In this document: piece after piece, positions 1-13,065 of the stretch | Layout of the letters: each line of letters opens with the position of its first letter | How positions within the stretch are numbered: the first letter of the stretch is position 1 | Virus record (IMG/VR): IMGVR_UViG_3300049043_000244 | Location: 20,029-84,028 of that record | Source: a virus | DNA length: 64,000 bases | Reading direction: 5' to 3' (one strand) | Notes under the pieces: model-generated | What the model saw: the letters and a program-made list of their open reading frames with translations, nothing else | Databases searched by the model: none | What the model was told of the DNA's origin: nothing | Translations under genes and position numbers: made by a program

Positions 1-949
1 TTTCCAATTAATTTAAACATACCATCTCGCATTCCATTAATCACAAATTTCATAATGGATGCGACAAGTCTGGCAGTTGATCTGACATTTTGTTGAACAT
101 CAACAATTACGTTTCTAACAGGATCTATAAATCCGAGAGCAGTTTTTTCAAGTCCATTAATTGTTTTTACAAAACTCTGTAAAGATGCTGTTATTTGACT
201 GAGTACATCATTCCCACAACCATTCTCATTTTTTACTGGAGGTTGTTTATCAACCACTGACATAAATGCAGTTTCTCCCATTTCATCATAATATAATTGA
301 TCCGGAGTGATTATTGGTTTTCCAAAGTTTGCTCCGGCTTTATTGTTGGTGTTTGGGGAAAGTGGGACAAATCCTGGACTTAAATCTAAACTTTTTAAAT
401 TTGTTCCAAATTGTGCGTTAGCAAACATTTCAAATTGTGGGTCATTTCCAAATTTTTCTTCTATCTCTTTTGTCGTACCATCTTGTTGTCTTTTATTTCT
501 GGTTCTTTGATTTTTTCCAGTTAAATTTCCTTGTGCTCCCGGAAAAGGATCAAATGGATTTGGATTGGGTACATTTTCAACTATCGGACTTCGATGAAAA
601 CAACCCATTACAACAGGTTGTTGTGCTTCTTCTCCATCTAAGAAAAACCCGACTACAGATTCTCCACCAACCAAAAGAGGTAATTTTCCAAATCCTCCTT
701 GAGTCAGAGCTCCATCCGATGCACTCGTCAACACATCAGTCCAAGGCAAATCATCATCTTTTAATTCATTTCTATCAAAACTGTGATATCCAATAATTCT
801 TACTTTACACCTATATGACCATGCGGATTTCCCTTCATCAATCCGAGTTTTTTCATTACGCCAAACTTTTGGATCAGCAACTTGTCCAATCCACCAAATG
901 AATCCGTCTCTGCCTAAAAAATTTGATTTTACGAAAGCTCGTCTATCAT
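1..949 (-). CDS. gp5: baseplate hub/tail needle gp5, N-terminal OB-fold part (runs off window edge, frameshifted)
   Basis: Reverse translation from 949 reads ...FVKSNFLGRDGFIWWIGQVADPKVWR, typical of the T4-like gp5 N-terminus; lies in baseplate cluster. Confidence 0.8.
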
Positions 950-1161
950 CAGTCTTCGTAAATTTTACATTCTGCAGCGTCTGGATGCGAATCACAATAA
1001 AGTTCCAAAGAAGTTGGATCGTGATCATCATCTGGATGATTTAATTTATATGCTCGTAATGCCTCAAGTTCTTCTTGAGTATGTCTTCTCGCTTGAGGAG
1101 AAGTCACAGGATTGTCAAGAATTTCTTGATCTCTTGCAATGTGTGCGTCGATGTTATTCAT
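949..1161 (-). CDS. cp12: CP12 Calvin-cycle inhibitor (cyanophage AMG)
   Basis: 70 aa ending DPTSLELYCDSHPDAAECKIYED, the CP12 C-terminal Cys-pair motif. Confidence 0.9.
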   Translation of the reverse strand: MNNIDAHIARDQEILDNPVTSPQARRHTQEELEALRAYKLNHPDDDHDPTSLELYCDSHPDAAECKIYED

Positions 1162-2455
1162 TGGTTTGCTCCATATAATCCGTAGGAGTCTCTAACGAGT
1201 TTAAGTGATGATACCATTTGTCCGCTCTCAAAATGATGTCTGATTTCTTTAATTAAATAATTTCCACTTTGTTCAGGATCAACCTCGACTGATTGAGATG
1301 CATCAACTCTTTGAAATTGTGCATAAACAATACTTCCAGCTTGTTAAGTTAACGTTCATAGGTACTACCATATTTAGTGCCTGAGTGAACAACAAGTTAT
1401 AACGAGAAAAGCTTTGCCATGTCAGTATTGTCTCTTCCAGAATCTTCTGTTTTACCCGTTTTATCTAGTATACCAACATCGGTGTGATCTAAAAAGAATT
1501 CTAGATGGTCTATTACCAAACTGTGTGGGGTATTGAAGTCCACGAAGCCACCAAGTTTAGATTTTATTTCTGAGTTTAAACTATAAGTAATACCATCAAT
1601 TCTATTTTCATATAGGTCATAAAAATATGTAATATTTGCATACATTCCAACTCTCAAAGATTTCATCAAATCAATATTTTTTTCAAAGTTATAATTTAAA
1701 ATACTAAAATTTGATTCTATGTTTTCTGATTCAATAACTCCAGGATTGTAATTATATTTGGGTATTGATTCTTTTGCTGTACTAGAAATTTGAGTTTTTG
1801 TTGCAGAAACCAATGTGTCAATACTTCTAAAATGAAATCCATCTTTGTTTTCGTAGAATAAAAATCCTGCAACACCCCTTGCAGTCCTTCCATTATTTCC
1901 TGACGATGATGTTGATGGAATTCCTTTTGGGCCCAACCAAGTTAAAATGTGAAAAGGCTTTTTAAGAGTTCCAATAAAACTGTATGAGTTAGATGTTTTT
2001 TCAATATTATCACTTTTAAATTTTTTTGTTTTTAGAACATCTCGGAGTATTGCAGTAACATGATCATTGATAGGCTTTTTTCATATTTTCTTTGAACCCT
2101 TGCAGTTTCATTTGTAAGAGTCTCTAGAACACAAATGAAGAGTGAAAAACTCTTTGGCACCATCCGAAACAATTCCACTGACTTTGTAAACATACATTGC
2201 ATAGTCACCATCCAATTTAAAATTCCCACTCAAGGTTTCAATGTCGATGGCAACTTTCTCTCCTCCACGAATTGGAAGACTATTAAATATTGAATAAGTT
2301 GATGCAACTTGAATCGTCATTGTCACACATGGAGACAAGATATCTTCAAAATAATCACAAAAAACAATAGAATTTGTTAAATCAATCTTATTCTTTGTTT
2401 CCAAAGATTCAATTATTACCTCATTGTATTGTAATGTAGTTACCGCATTGGACAT
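1158..2455 (-). CDS. baseplate hub-like tail protein (gp27-like), frameshifted
   Basis: ORF pieces DYFEDILSPCVT...LPIRGGEKV and FLFYENKDGFHFRSID; position next to gp5. Confidence 0.6.
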
Positions 2456-2456
2456 A

Positions 2457-4393
2457 TTACGTTCCCGATAAGTTCGTTAATAATATGGTTTTAAATAAAC
2501 TATTTAACACCTGACCTTCAGGAATTGGTGGCATGATTGTTGTTCCTCCACCGCCACCTCTCCAGCAATAACTATGGGTCTCTGTTGGGATCCCCCACCA
2601 CCCATAAGAATTGGCATTAAAGTTATACTTGATTGAGGCAAATCGTAATCGGGATATCGTTCAATTTGTTCTGGCACATGTTGTTGAATTGATGGAACCG
2701 GAACAACCGTTGAAATTGGTTGTTGTTGCAGTACTCATTGGTTTTTCTTTTAACTTCATTTCATTCCAATCATATCCTTTTGACTGAGTCCATGTTTTTG
2801 CTGTTGTTGTTGTTCCGAACTCATCTGTTCCCAAGTAGATTCAATTCTTCCTCTCGCAAGAGGATTATTTCTATACTGCCATGCCATCTCATATTTTTTG
2901 ACCATATCATCACTCTGGCAGTTGAGTTGTGGGATGCGTTTTGGGTTTTTCTGGTTGAGTTTTTTGTTCCGATGGAGCGGGTCTGACCCGCTATGTTTTG
3001 TTGTGGTTTGGCTTTAGGTTTAACCTTTACACTTCCACCAAATCTGAAAATTTTATCTTGATATGGAGTTGGGTCTGTTGTCTTATCTCCAACATCGACT
3101 TCAAAATGCAAATGTGGCCTGTGGAGTGCCAGTGCTTCCTACTTTTCCAATTACCGTGCCTGGTGCAATATCTTGTCCTGCATTAACATTAACTGAACTT
3201 AAATGTGCATAAAAACTACTTATTCCACCCGGATGATCAACTTTTACTTGATTTCCATATCCATTATTCACAAATCCAGCATTTGCAACTTTTCCCGGTT
3301 GAATTACACTAACATCTGTTCCCAATTGGCATCGGGTAATCATTTCCTCTGTGCATTCTATTGACTTTATAAATTGGGTGAAATCTCATTCCATACTTAG
3401 AACCCAACTTTGAACTGGAAAGATCCACCAGAAGATTCAAACTCTTGCACAGTGCCGCTAAGATTACTTGAGGTTGTATCACGAGTCTCCATAATTACTA
3501 TCATCTTCCATTATTTCTTCACTTACCTGTTCATAACTAGTATCAGATACGGATCCAAAAACTCCAAGTGACACGGATTGTTCAAATTTAGTAACGACAG
3601 AATCAAATTTGTTTAATACTTCTGGTAATGTTGTTGTCGTTTTAGTTACAGTCAGGCCTTTTGTTTTTTCTCTTGTTCTTTAAGTTTTATTTTTGTTTTC
3701 TCTTGTACACTTCCTTCTCCAGTTGCTTTTTCGTATGCTCTATCAGTTAAATAACCACCAGCAAAACTCCCTAAAGTACCAACCAGCTGCTCCTAATACA
3801 AAACCAAGTCCAGGTATAGGAACTAATGCTTGCCCAATTGCTCCAGCTCAACGCTGCTCCTGCAAGTCCACCTGCTGCTGCACCAGCAGCTGCACCTCCT
3901 GCACCTGCAGCTGCTTTACCTGTAGATTCTCCTTGTGAAATGCCCTCTGCAAAATCTAATCCAGTTAAACTGCAGATAGAATTGGCAATCCTCTGACTCC
4001 AGGAAGTCTAATTCTTTTTCCTTTTGGAATTGGTTTTCCTGGTTTTGATTTGGGTTTGGGCCTTTCTCTTCTTCTTCCTCCGCCACCACCAAATAAATTA
4101 CCAACCAAACCCGCGACATCTAATGCACCACTACAGCTAAACTGGAGAGTAAACTTCCAGCAGAACCAAAAGTTGAGCTGACATTAATATTGGCCAATCT
4201 TTTTATTTTCTTTTGATCTGGAACTTAATTGCTTCAAGATTTTTTACTTCAACAGTCATAAATCTTAAAAACTCATTATATGATCTTTGTGTAGATCTCA
4301 TTTGAGTTTTAGAACGAGTGATGTTGACAATATTATTGAAAGTGTAGATACTAAAGGTGATTTTAGTGGAGTATCTTTCTTTGGAGCAGCCAT
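2457..4393 (-). CDS. tape-measure/baseplate-associated protein with M23 peptidase domain, frameshifted
   Basis: GYGNQVKVDHPGGISSFYAHLSSVNV...GKVGSTG followed by HFEV (M23 motifs); Ala/Gly-rich helical segments. Confidence 0.7.
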
Positions 4394-4396
4394 ATA

Positions 4397-6176
4397 TTAT
4401 CCGTCCACAATATTATAAACCATTTTAGAATATAATGTAAGGAAGTTATCATAGTTTGATGAAGGTAAGAATGGGACTGATACCCCACCTTTACTCATTA
4501 CTGGTGGGAGCTATGGGTTCACCACCAGATGTTGATTGCGCTTGTGGGTCCTGCCACATTTAATGGAGGAATGTTTATTTGTGCAGACTGCGGTGTCGGA
4601 GTCTTGAAACGGTTTGTGCAATTTGTTGTTGAGTTGATGCAGGAGTTGGTGCAACTGCAACCTTGGGTTTTTGTGGAGGTGGCAGGAATAGTTCCCGTTG
4701 GTTGTGTGCCCAATTTGCCCACTGGGCCCGTAAAATTATAGAACCAATTTCCACCAGACCTAAATTGTATGTCTCCAGATTGTTGTTGAATGCCTCCATA
4801 AAAATTCAAGTGCACCTTTTACATTTTCTCGTGATGCAGCCAAATATTTTGGATCATTTAATACTGTAGCTGCGACACTTGCAGATCCTCCACCAAGAAT
4901 TTGTTGAAGTTTATTTAAACCATCTGGTTCTGCAGTCATCTTGTCGTACATATTCAAATTTTTCTTGAGGAGTATTTCCTGGTAATTTTGCAATAAATAG
5001 GTCCCATATATTCTTTCAGCCTTTTTATCTTCACTTTTACCAAAAATTGCTGCAGAAATAGGAGAAAATTGATCATATGCAGACAAAACACCCTGGAATC
5101 CTTTACCGTACTTACCAGATGCTGCCCGATTTAACATCACTTGCATCGAATCGGCAGTGTTTCTGGAGATGAGGCTTCCATAGTTGCAACAAATGCTGCA
5201 AGTTTCTCATCTCCTGGAAGGTAGAACTTAAGTGGCAGGCAGCTCTCACCACCCCCACCACCAGGAGGTTTCTTTCCGTCTTTTGGTGGTGGAGTAACTC
5301 CTCCAGCTTTTGGAGAGGCTGGTTGGAGGTTTTCTGGTGCTCAAAGAATTTATTGCTGCAGAAAATCTATCTAAAATTGCATTAAATCTATCCAACAATG
5401 CAGTTGGTATCGTCCCTCCTGCCATGGTGCAGCATTAACACCTCCTCCAGTGTCCAACATTCCACTTATAACTTGAGAACCCAAACCGCCAGCTAATCAG
5501 CTCCCTAAGCATCACCTGAAGGTTTACCACGTCTCACCAATCTGGACAAAGTGCCCATTGGGCTCCTTCTGAGATTTCCTCCAGGAATGTCAATATCTAA
5601 GTTTAATCCACCCGCTCCACCAGTTGCGGTAGGTAAATTGGATAATTGTTTTACAATTCTTACGATTGTTTGTCGAATTATTTTTGCAACATTAAACGTT
5701 TCTGCGAATACATTTTGTAAGCTTTTAAATTATCGCCAAGAGTTTTTACATTTTTTCTATTACCTAAAAATTGAATGTATTCGACAAAAGCCGTTTGTAT
5801 AAATTTAAGAAATTTTGTAAAATTGAATTTGGTTCGTAGGATCAATCTGATTCAAATCTTTGTCGATAGTCGGATTGAAATTCACCAAGACTCTTATTGA
5901 CTATCTGAGTTACATTTTGATTTATTGATTGTACTCTATTTTCTACATTTGTTAAAATATTTGATGATAGAGTTTGAATGATTGAAATTAAATCTGGAGG
6001 TTTGGGTGCAACTGCTGTAGGACCTCTTTGAAATCCTACAATTTTATTTGCAGTACTAGCAACAACACCCTCTCCAAGAGGGAGAACCACCAGTAATAAA
6101 ATTTTGACAGCTGCAGCTCGTTTGTCGGTCTCTCTCGGACAATAGTATCTGGTCTAAGTGCGGAACTAACTGCCAC
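4397..6176 (-). CDS. tape-measure/baseplate-associated protein with SleB-like cell wall hydrolase domain, frameshifted
   Basis: MQVMLNRAASGKYGKGFQGVLSAYDQFSP resembles the Hydrolase_2 V.LNR...QFS motif. Confidence 0.55.
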
Positions 6177-6355
6177 GGTTTGCTGCCTGTTGTGCCTTTA
6201 AGTTTTCTTCTTCAATATGTTGTTTCAACAGGGTAAGATAGATATCTCTTTCCCAAGGGATCATGTTTTCAATCTCAGTCAAAGAATATTTATGGAACTG
6301 CATGAGGGTTAAGTTCATGCGAAAATATGACTCAAGATCAATATGAGACCATCAT
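6166..6355 (-). CDS. gp51: baseplate hub assembly catalyst gp51
   Basis: LMQFHKYSLTEIENMIPWERDIYLTLLKQHIEEEN read from reverse strand; follows gp26. Confidence 0.85.
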
Positions 6356-7086
6356 CAGCCGAAAAAACTTGTCAGACCCTCCAGAGTTACAGTATTTTCA
6401 ACTTTAGTGTTTGGATTGGTGACTGTAAAAGTATGCGATAGTTTAGGGTATAGTCTCAAAAAATCTTTCAATTTTCTTAAACTGCTCTGCATTCATACTT
6501 TCAATAAACTCAATCAATTCTTTTTTGGTCACATCAGACACAGTCCAGTGCTATCTTCCGTAGTAAAATGGATTCAATGCAGGAGGAAATAATATCAAAA
6601 GATTTTTCAATGGTTGACAATGATTCTTGAGTAGTGAAATCAAAATTATTTTTGATAAATTGTTCTAATGATGGATACTTCATTTTAATGATGATTTGAT
6701 CATCAATTTTTATTTCTGTTGAATGATCTTCGTCTTTTTGAACTTTAATCTCATCTACAAAAACTTTAACAGGAACCTCTGTTGTACCATCATCAGAACA
6801 AGTTACAATTAAATCTATAGATTCTCCAACGGACTTTCCACGAACATTCAAGAAAATATATTCAATATCAAAAGATGGTAGTTCTTCTACTTTGATTCCT
6901 TTGGTGAGAATACAATCTTTTAAAACCGATTTAAGGCTAAGAGTAATTTGTTTTACCTCTTGACTTTCGAAATCCAAAATTAAAACTTTCTCTTCTTTAA
7001 CTAAAAATGGTCTATATTTTATGAGTTTTCCTGTTGATGGTAATTCCAACTCATAGGTGGGTGTAGGATCTTGGGGTAATGGATAT
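6355..7086 (-). CDS. gp26: baseplate hub subunit gp26
   Basis: PTYELELPSTGKLIKYRPFLVKEEK...FDIEYIFLNVRGKSVGE...LEGLTSFFG. Confidence 0.9.
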
Positions 7087-7109
7087 AATGATGTAATCAG
7101 ATAGTTTTA

Positions 7110-8074
7110 TTTAGAGAGGTTGAAACGAGGGGGAAACATCAAGGAGAGTTAACTCCAAAAGTTGGATTGGTAAATGTTTCATCTAAACTACTTCCCCAGG
7201 CAATAGTAGGAGTGGAGAGACTTATGTCTGGCCAGTTTCGGTGACATTTGTATCTTGATAATTATTTTGACCGATACCAAAGTGATTTAATATCACATAA
7301 CGATCATAATTAAAACTTACCGTTGTTTTCGTAATTGTGCTTCCTTCGTAAGTTACTGGAAGTGCAGTTAAATTTGTTGGAAATGAATTGATAAATTTAT
7401 AAGTTAACATGGAAGGAGTTTTTCTAACTTCTTTAGTGTTTGGATCTACGTATATATCTCTTTCAAATTTAGTTATCGCAAGATCTCTTCTATATGTGTT
7501 TGGATATCTAAATCTAAAAATTGATCATCACTAAATTGGCCCACACCCCTCTTGGATTTCCAGTGACCAATCTGCCTCTTGTACTATAAAGTGGATTAAT
7601 AAAATTCATCCACTCTTCAAATAAACGAATAATTCCATACTCTGCATCCACATAGAATGTCATTGTAATTTCCGGAAATTCTTCTAATTGGAAATCTTTC
7701 TACAACTCCTTGTCTACTTCCAGTTTCTTCGACGAGACTAAGTGACACTCCGGGAAGAGTGGTTTCGTTGCACATAAACTCATAACGAAGTGAATTTAAA
7801 GACGAAAATCCACCATTAAACAAGTTTGATCCCAAAACTCCACAAGTAACTAACCAAGCATTAATGTCAGAATCTGATTTTGCAGTTGGAAAAGTATCTC
7901 CAAGAAAAAGAGTAACTTTAAATTGACTTGTAACTGATAGTTCACCAAAAAGATCACGAACTCCAGGAAAGATCCCCGACCATCATTCGTATTCCTAGGC
8001 AGAGTCATCCTTGCATAGATTGGATCCACTCTGTACTGATTTGCGGGGAAGTCAGGTCTAAATGGTTCAGCCAT
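7110..8074 (-). CDS. baseplate tail-tube initiator (gp54-like), frameshifted
   Basis: FMCNETTLPGVSL and YKFINSFPTNLTALPVTYEGSTITKTTVSFNYDRY; divergent from gp4. Confidence 0.65.
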
Positions 8075-8075
8075 C

Positions 8076-8083
8076 TATAAATA
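8076..8083 (+). promoter_or_regulatory. T4-type late promoter TATAAATA
   Basis: Exact TATAAATA about 25 nt upstream of gp4. Confidence 0.7.
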
Positions 8084-8108
8084 TTACTTAAGGATCTATA
8101 GTATGTAT

Positions 8109-8543
8109 ATGAGTTATAAGGGAAAATACCGTCCAGAAAACCCACGGAAGTATAAAGGTGACCCCACAAATATTATCTATCGTTCTTTGTGGGAACGCAA
8201 ATTCATGAAATATTGTGATTTAAACGAAAATGTAAACCAGTGGAATCTGAAGAATTTTGGATTCCTTATAAATGTCCTCTTGATGGTAAAGTTCATAGAT
8301 ATTTCCCAGATTTTTTTGTGAAATATAAAGATAAAAATGGAAATACACGAACAGTTGTCATAGAAATAAAACCCAAGAAAGAAGTAGAAATGCCAGAACA
8401 AAATCCCAAAAGACGAACAAAGGCATGGGCATACAAAGTACAAACTTGGGTTAAGAATCAAGCAAAGTGGAAGTGCAAAAGAATATTGTGCAGATCGTAA
8501 CTATGAATTCCGAATCATGACTGAGGAGGATTTAAGAATATGA
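8109..8543 (+). CDS. gp4: head completion nuclease gp4
   Basis: YKGKYRPENPRKYKGDPTNIIYRSLWERKFM...HRYFPDF...EIKPK. Confidence 0.92.
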
Positions 8544-9068
8544 CTTGGAGAGACGAACCTTATCTTGACAATAAAGGTTTTGGATATGATTTACTGAAAC
8601 AGCTAAAGGAAAAAACAAAAGTGGAGATTGGTTTTCTGGACAACTTCGTCAATATCTTGGAGAACTTGATCAGTCAGACATTAACTTACAAGATACTGGT
8701 GGTATCGAAGTTGGACGAATGTATTTCTTCATTTATGGTGCCAACACACAAGACCTTAAGTTTTTTGATAGACAACCTCTTACATATATTACTGAAATTG
8801 ATTATAACAAAAACTATTTTATTGGAATTAATTTACATTATCTCAACAGACAATATCGTGAAGGAATCGCAAAAGGCCTAATAAATAATCACAGTACCGT
8901 AGGTATACCTCGTAATACGATTCATCGTTACTTTTTTTCTGGAGTTGCTGGAGGATTTTTAAGAGTTCCAGAAAAAGATTGGCCCTCCGTTGCACTATTA
9001 CCCACTGAAAAATTTGTTGATACAAGAGGTCAGCCTTTTCCCAATCATAAAGCCTGGACGAATCTTAA
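8540..9068 (+). CDS. gp2: DNA end protector gp2-like
   Basis: MYFFIYGA...FFDRQPL...FIGINLHYL...IHRY; follows gp4. Confidence 0.7.
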
Positions 9069-9069
9069 G

Positions 9070-10687
9070 CGCGTATCAAAACCTCAGAACGGGATTAGTT
9101 ACTAAAAATGGAGTTGCATATAATCTCCAATATGATTCTGCCACTGGCAATGTTCAGATTATTCAACAAAATGCTCCTGCAGGAACAAATCCAATTTATC
9201 AAGATGGTAGTTGGAACGCATCATCAACTGAACTTGGATTTACAACCAACGAAAAAAATCAATTACACATAGAAACAATTATATCAGTTCAGGCAGCTTA
9301 TAGAAACATTGGAGGAGTTGCTTCTGGGGCAAAACTACCTCGAATGGGCGAGCTGAAAATTTTTCAAACGGAACTCCTGGACAATCATCAATCAATCCAC
9401 AAAATTCCGTTTCGGGAACTGTTGGTGGAAATGGAGGTATCGGAACTAGGGGAGTACATCAACTGCGCTGGAGGAGGAACAACTGGTGCCCGGTGGAACT
9501 GGAGGAACAACAGGAGGATCAAGCTGGAACCACTGGAGAAGTGGAGGTGGAGGACTTGGGGCTTTGTTTGGATTTTTGCAAGACCCCAATCAACTTTATG
9601 AAAATTTTGCAGTGAATGGAAACAATTTTGGAGTCGGAAACGAAAAAAACTTATTTGGAAAAGATATGAAATATCCTGAAGATTTGATGACTCAACAACA
9701 GGATCATTTTGTAATTTCCCAATATAGATATAAACCATCAAAATGGAAGTTCAATTTTTGGTGGAACTGCAGCTGCAGTAAGAACATTATCTGGAGGACT
9801 TCAAACTACATTCAAATTTAGCTGAACATTATTGGAACAGTTTTCTCCTATGCCAAACAGTGTTGCTGATAGTAATAATGTTAGTTGGGGAGAAGACTCG
9901 ATGAGTAATATTGCAGCTGCAGTAACTGCACAAACACTAGGAAATATGAAAGGTAGTGCAGCGAACTGCATCCATAGGAGCTATTTTGGTTCTCTTCTGG
10001 GTGCTGGTGCTGGAAAAGGCGGCGGAACTGCTCTTCTAATCAAAAATTTAGACGCACTGGTCAGAGATGGTCGTGCAGGTGGACCAGTAACTAGGACGTT
10101 ATTGGGAAGTGAACTTACATCAATGCTTTTAAAAATCGAAGGACTAGGAGTAGAATCCGAGTCAATTCTTGCAAGAGGTGCAGGAATTGTTCCAAACTCA
10201 AACTTAGAATTATTGTTTAATGCACCAACACTCAGAAGTTTTACTTTCAATTACCGAATGTCTCCAAGAAGTGCAAGAGAAGCTGAAATGGTTAGAAGAA
10301 TCATAAGATTTTTTAAACAAGGAATGTCAGTTAAAAAGATGCGAGGAAAATCTGGACAATCATCTTACTTCTTAGGAACTCCAAATGTTTTCAAATTACA
10401 GTTTAGAAATGGAAGAACTAATGAAATTGCTGGCGTAAATAAATTTAAAAGTTGTGCATTAACAAGCTTCAGTTGTAACTACACTCCAGACGGTTTATGG
10501 GACTGCATACGAAAAAGGTCAACCAGTTTCGACAATTATGCAAATGACATTTAATGAACTTGAACCAATTTATGATACAGATTATCAACAGGGCAATATT
10601 TTTGGTGTTGATAGTCGAACTGGTAAAGTAGATGATATTAATAGGAACGATTTGTCTTCCGTAAGTTCAAACTCGGTAGGATACTAA
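9070..10687 (+). CDS. gp48: baseplate tail-tube cap gp48 with Gly-rich N-terminal extension, frameshifted
   Basis: NLELLFNAPTLRSFTFNYRMSPRS...FFKQGM...KFKSCALTSFSCNYTPDG. Confidence 0.85.
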
Positions 10688-10688
10688 G

Positions 10689-13034
10689 ATGGCATACTTT
10701 AGCGAATTACCAGATCTTCAAGTTCTCAATAGAACTAAAAATCAAGTATCAAATGATGAAAAACTTATTGTAAAAAATATCTTTAAAGAGACCGAAACTG
10801 AGAGAAGATATCGCTTCAGCGGTTTCTGCTTTTGAATATTATTTAATTGCTGAAGATGAAAGACCTGACCAAATTGCAGAAAAAATATATGGAGATCCGG
10901 AAGTTAGATTGGGTAATATTAACAACCAATAATATTATTAACCTTCAAGATCAATGGCTCATTAAATCTTGATAATTTTAATAATTATATGTTAGATAAG
11001 TATGGATCTGAAAGTGCATTTACTCAAATTCATCATTACGAATCAATTTCTACCAGAGATTCCTTTGGAAGAGAAGTTTTTCCTAGTGGACTACTTCTTG
11101 ATGAGACTTTTTACAATACTCCAGAGTATAGAGACTTAGAAGAACAACCTCCGGGAATTACTTTTCCTGACATTTATGTTCCAGGAACTCAAGCAGTACT
11201 AACTCCCACAATAGGATTTGGTAATAGTATATCATCCATTCAAATTACAAATCCTGGATTTGGTTATCAACAATTTCCTACGGTTACAATTTCCAACCCT
11301 CCAGTTACTAGTAATGCTTCCGCAAGTTGTCTAGTATCTAACTTCAGAGTATCTTCAATAGTAAGTTTAGTCGGAGGTCAAGGATATAACATTCCTCCAC
11401 AAGTCACTTTTTCAAGTCCAATTGAATCAGTTCAGGCAACAGCTGTATGTGATTTGGGAACAGGAATTTTTGCTGATCAAGTTACGTCTATTAATAATTT
11501 AGTTGGAGGAATAGGATATGGACTTACCGCTCCATCAGTAACATTTTCTCCTTCTCCCAGAGTTGTAGTAGGATCATATGTCAATCAATCTACTAATACT
11601 GTTGGAAATAGTGTAGAAGGATTTTATCTTAGTTCTAATGGTATTTACTTATATACTGCAAGTTTTACTGGAGTAAATCAAATTAAACAATATACGTTTA
11701 GTAATGGTTGGGAAGTTTCTACAATATCACTAACATATCAACTTGACGTAAGTGCAGATTTTAATTATACAACAGGAGTTGAGTTTAAACCAGATGGAAC
11801 TTTAATGTATGTAAGTGGTGGAGTTGGATTATCTTACAAAATTGTTACATATCAGTTAAGTTCTGCGTGGGATCTTTCAACTGCAACAAAGATAAATCAA
11901 ATAACTATAGCTTCTCCTGGTGGATTAAGGTTTAAATCAGATGGAACCTCAGTTTTTATTCTAGACTTTTCCAATCCCGACATAATTAGAGAATATTCCA
12001 TTGGAACTCCATGGGACATCACTACAAGAAGTGGTTCATCCGTAAGTAGTTTAAATATCACTACACCTACGGGAGACAATAATATTCTAGGATTTACTTT
12101 TAATTCCGATGGAACTAAATTATTCGCTACAGCTGGAAGTGCACTTCTAGGATTTATGAATTTAGATTGCAGTCACCTGGCAAATTAAAGATAGGAACGT
12201 ATGAATATGCTTTTTTCGTTGGAGATAGAATTGCATCTCCGAGTGATATTTTCATTAAGTCAGACAGAGAAAAATTTGTAACCGCAGGCGGGACTATTGA
12301 TAAAATTTTTGAGTATGATTTAACTTCAACTGGCAAAAGGAGTTGCCCAACTGACAAATGGATCAGTAAGTGGTATTATTATTACAAATCCTGGAATTGC
12401 ATACACAATAACTCCCACCATTACGATTGGAAATCCATATCCGGCGGTCAGAGGAACAGGAACAGGCAAATCTAACGAGCTGGTGGTGTTATTACTAATA
12501 TTACCGTGAATAATGCTGGATTTGGTTATACTGTTGCACCAACGGTGTCTATTCAAAGTGCTCCAATATCAAGAAACGCAACAATAACATATGAACTATC
12601 AAATACCTGGCATAGGAACGGTAAGAGTTATTGATGGCGGTCAAAACTATGTGACAACTCCGACTATTACTGTAAGTTTACCGAAGAAGTTCTAAATGTA
12701 GAAATTGACGAACTATATCAACAAAATCAAAAAACTTGGAAATGGAATGGAACTGAACTGGCAGGAAAAAGTTACGGAAGAATTTCAATATTTTGATCCA
12801 ACTACAAATTCCATAATAAAACTTCCAGGATCTACACTTTGCAAACCAGTGACAAATTATGAGTATGAGTCAAAATTAAATGAAGAAAAAAGATTGTTAT
12901 TAATTTTAAAACCAGAATACTTGTCGGTAATTGTTACTGATTTTAGAAATATGATGATTTATAATGAAGAGGATCCAAATTTTATTAATGAAAAACTTAA
13001 GAATACTTATAATGAAAAAGTTATGAGAATATAA
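10689..13034 (+). CDS. gp53: baseplate wedge gp53 with large internal insertion
   Basis: N-term MAYFSELPD...ERPDQIAEKIYGD...WVILTTNNIIN..DQW; C-term PVTNYEYESKLNEEKRLLLILKPEYL; about 550 aa of extra beta-rich sequence between them. Confidence 0.8.
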
Positions 13035-13058
13035 AAAGGAGGGGATTTGCCCCTCCTC
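13034..13058. terminator. hairpin terminator between convergent gp53 and gp32
   Basis: AAAAAGGAGGGG-ATTTG-CCCCTCCT inverted repeat with A/T tract. Confidence 0.8.
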
Positions 13059-13065
13059 TGAACTA

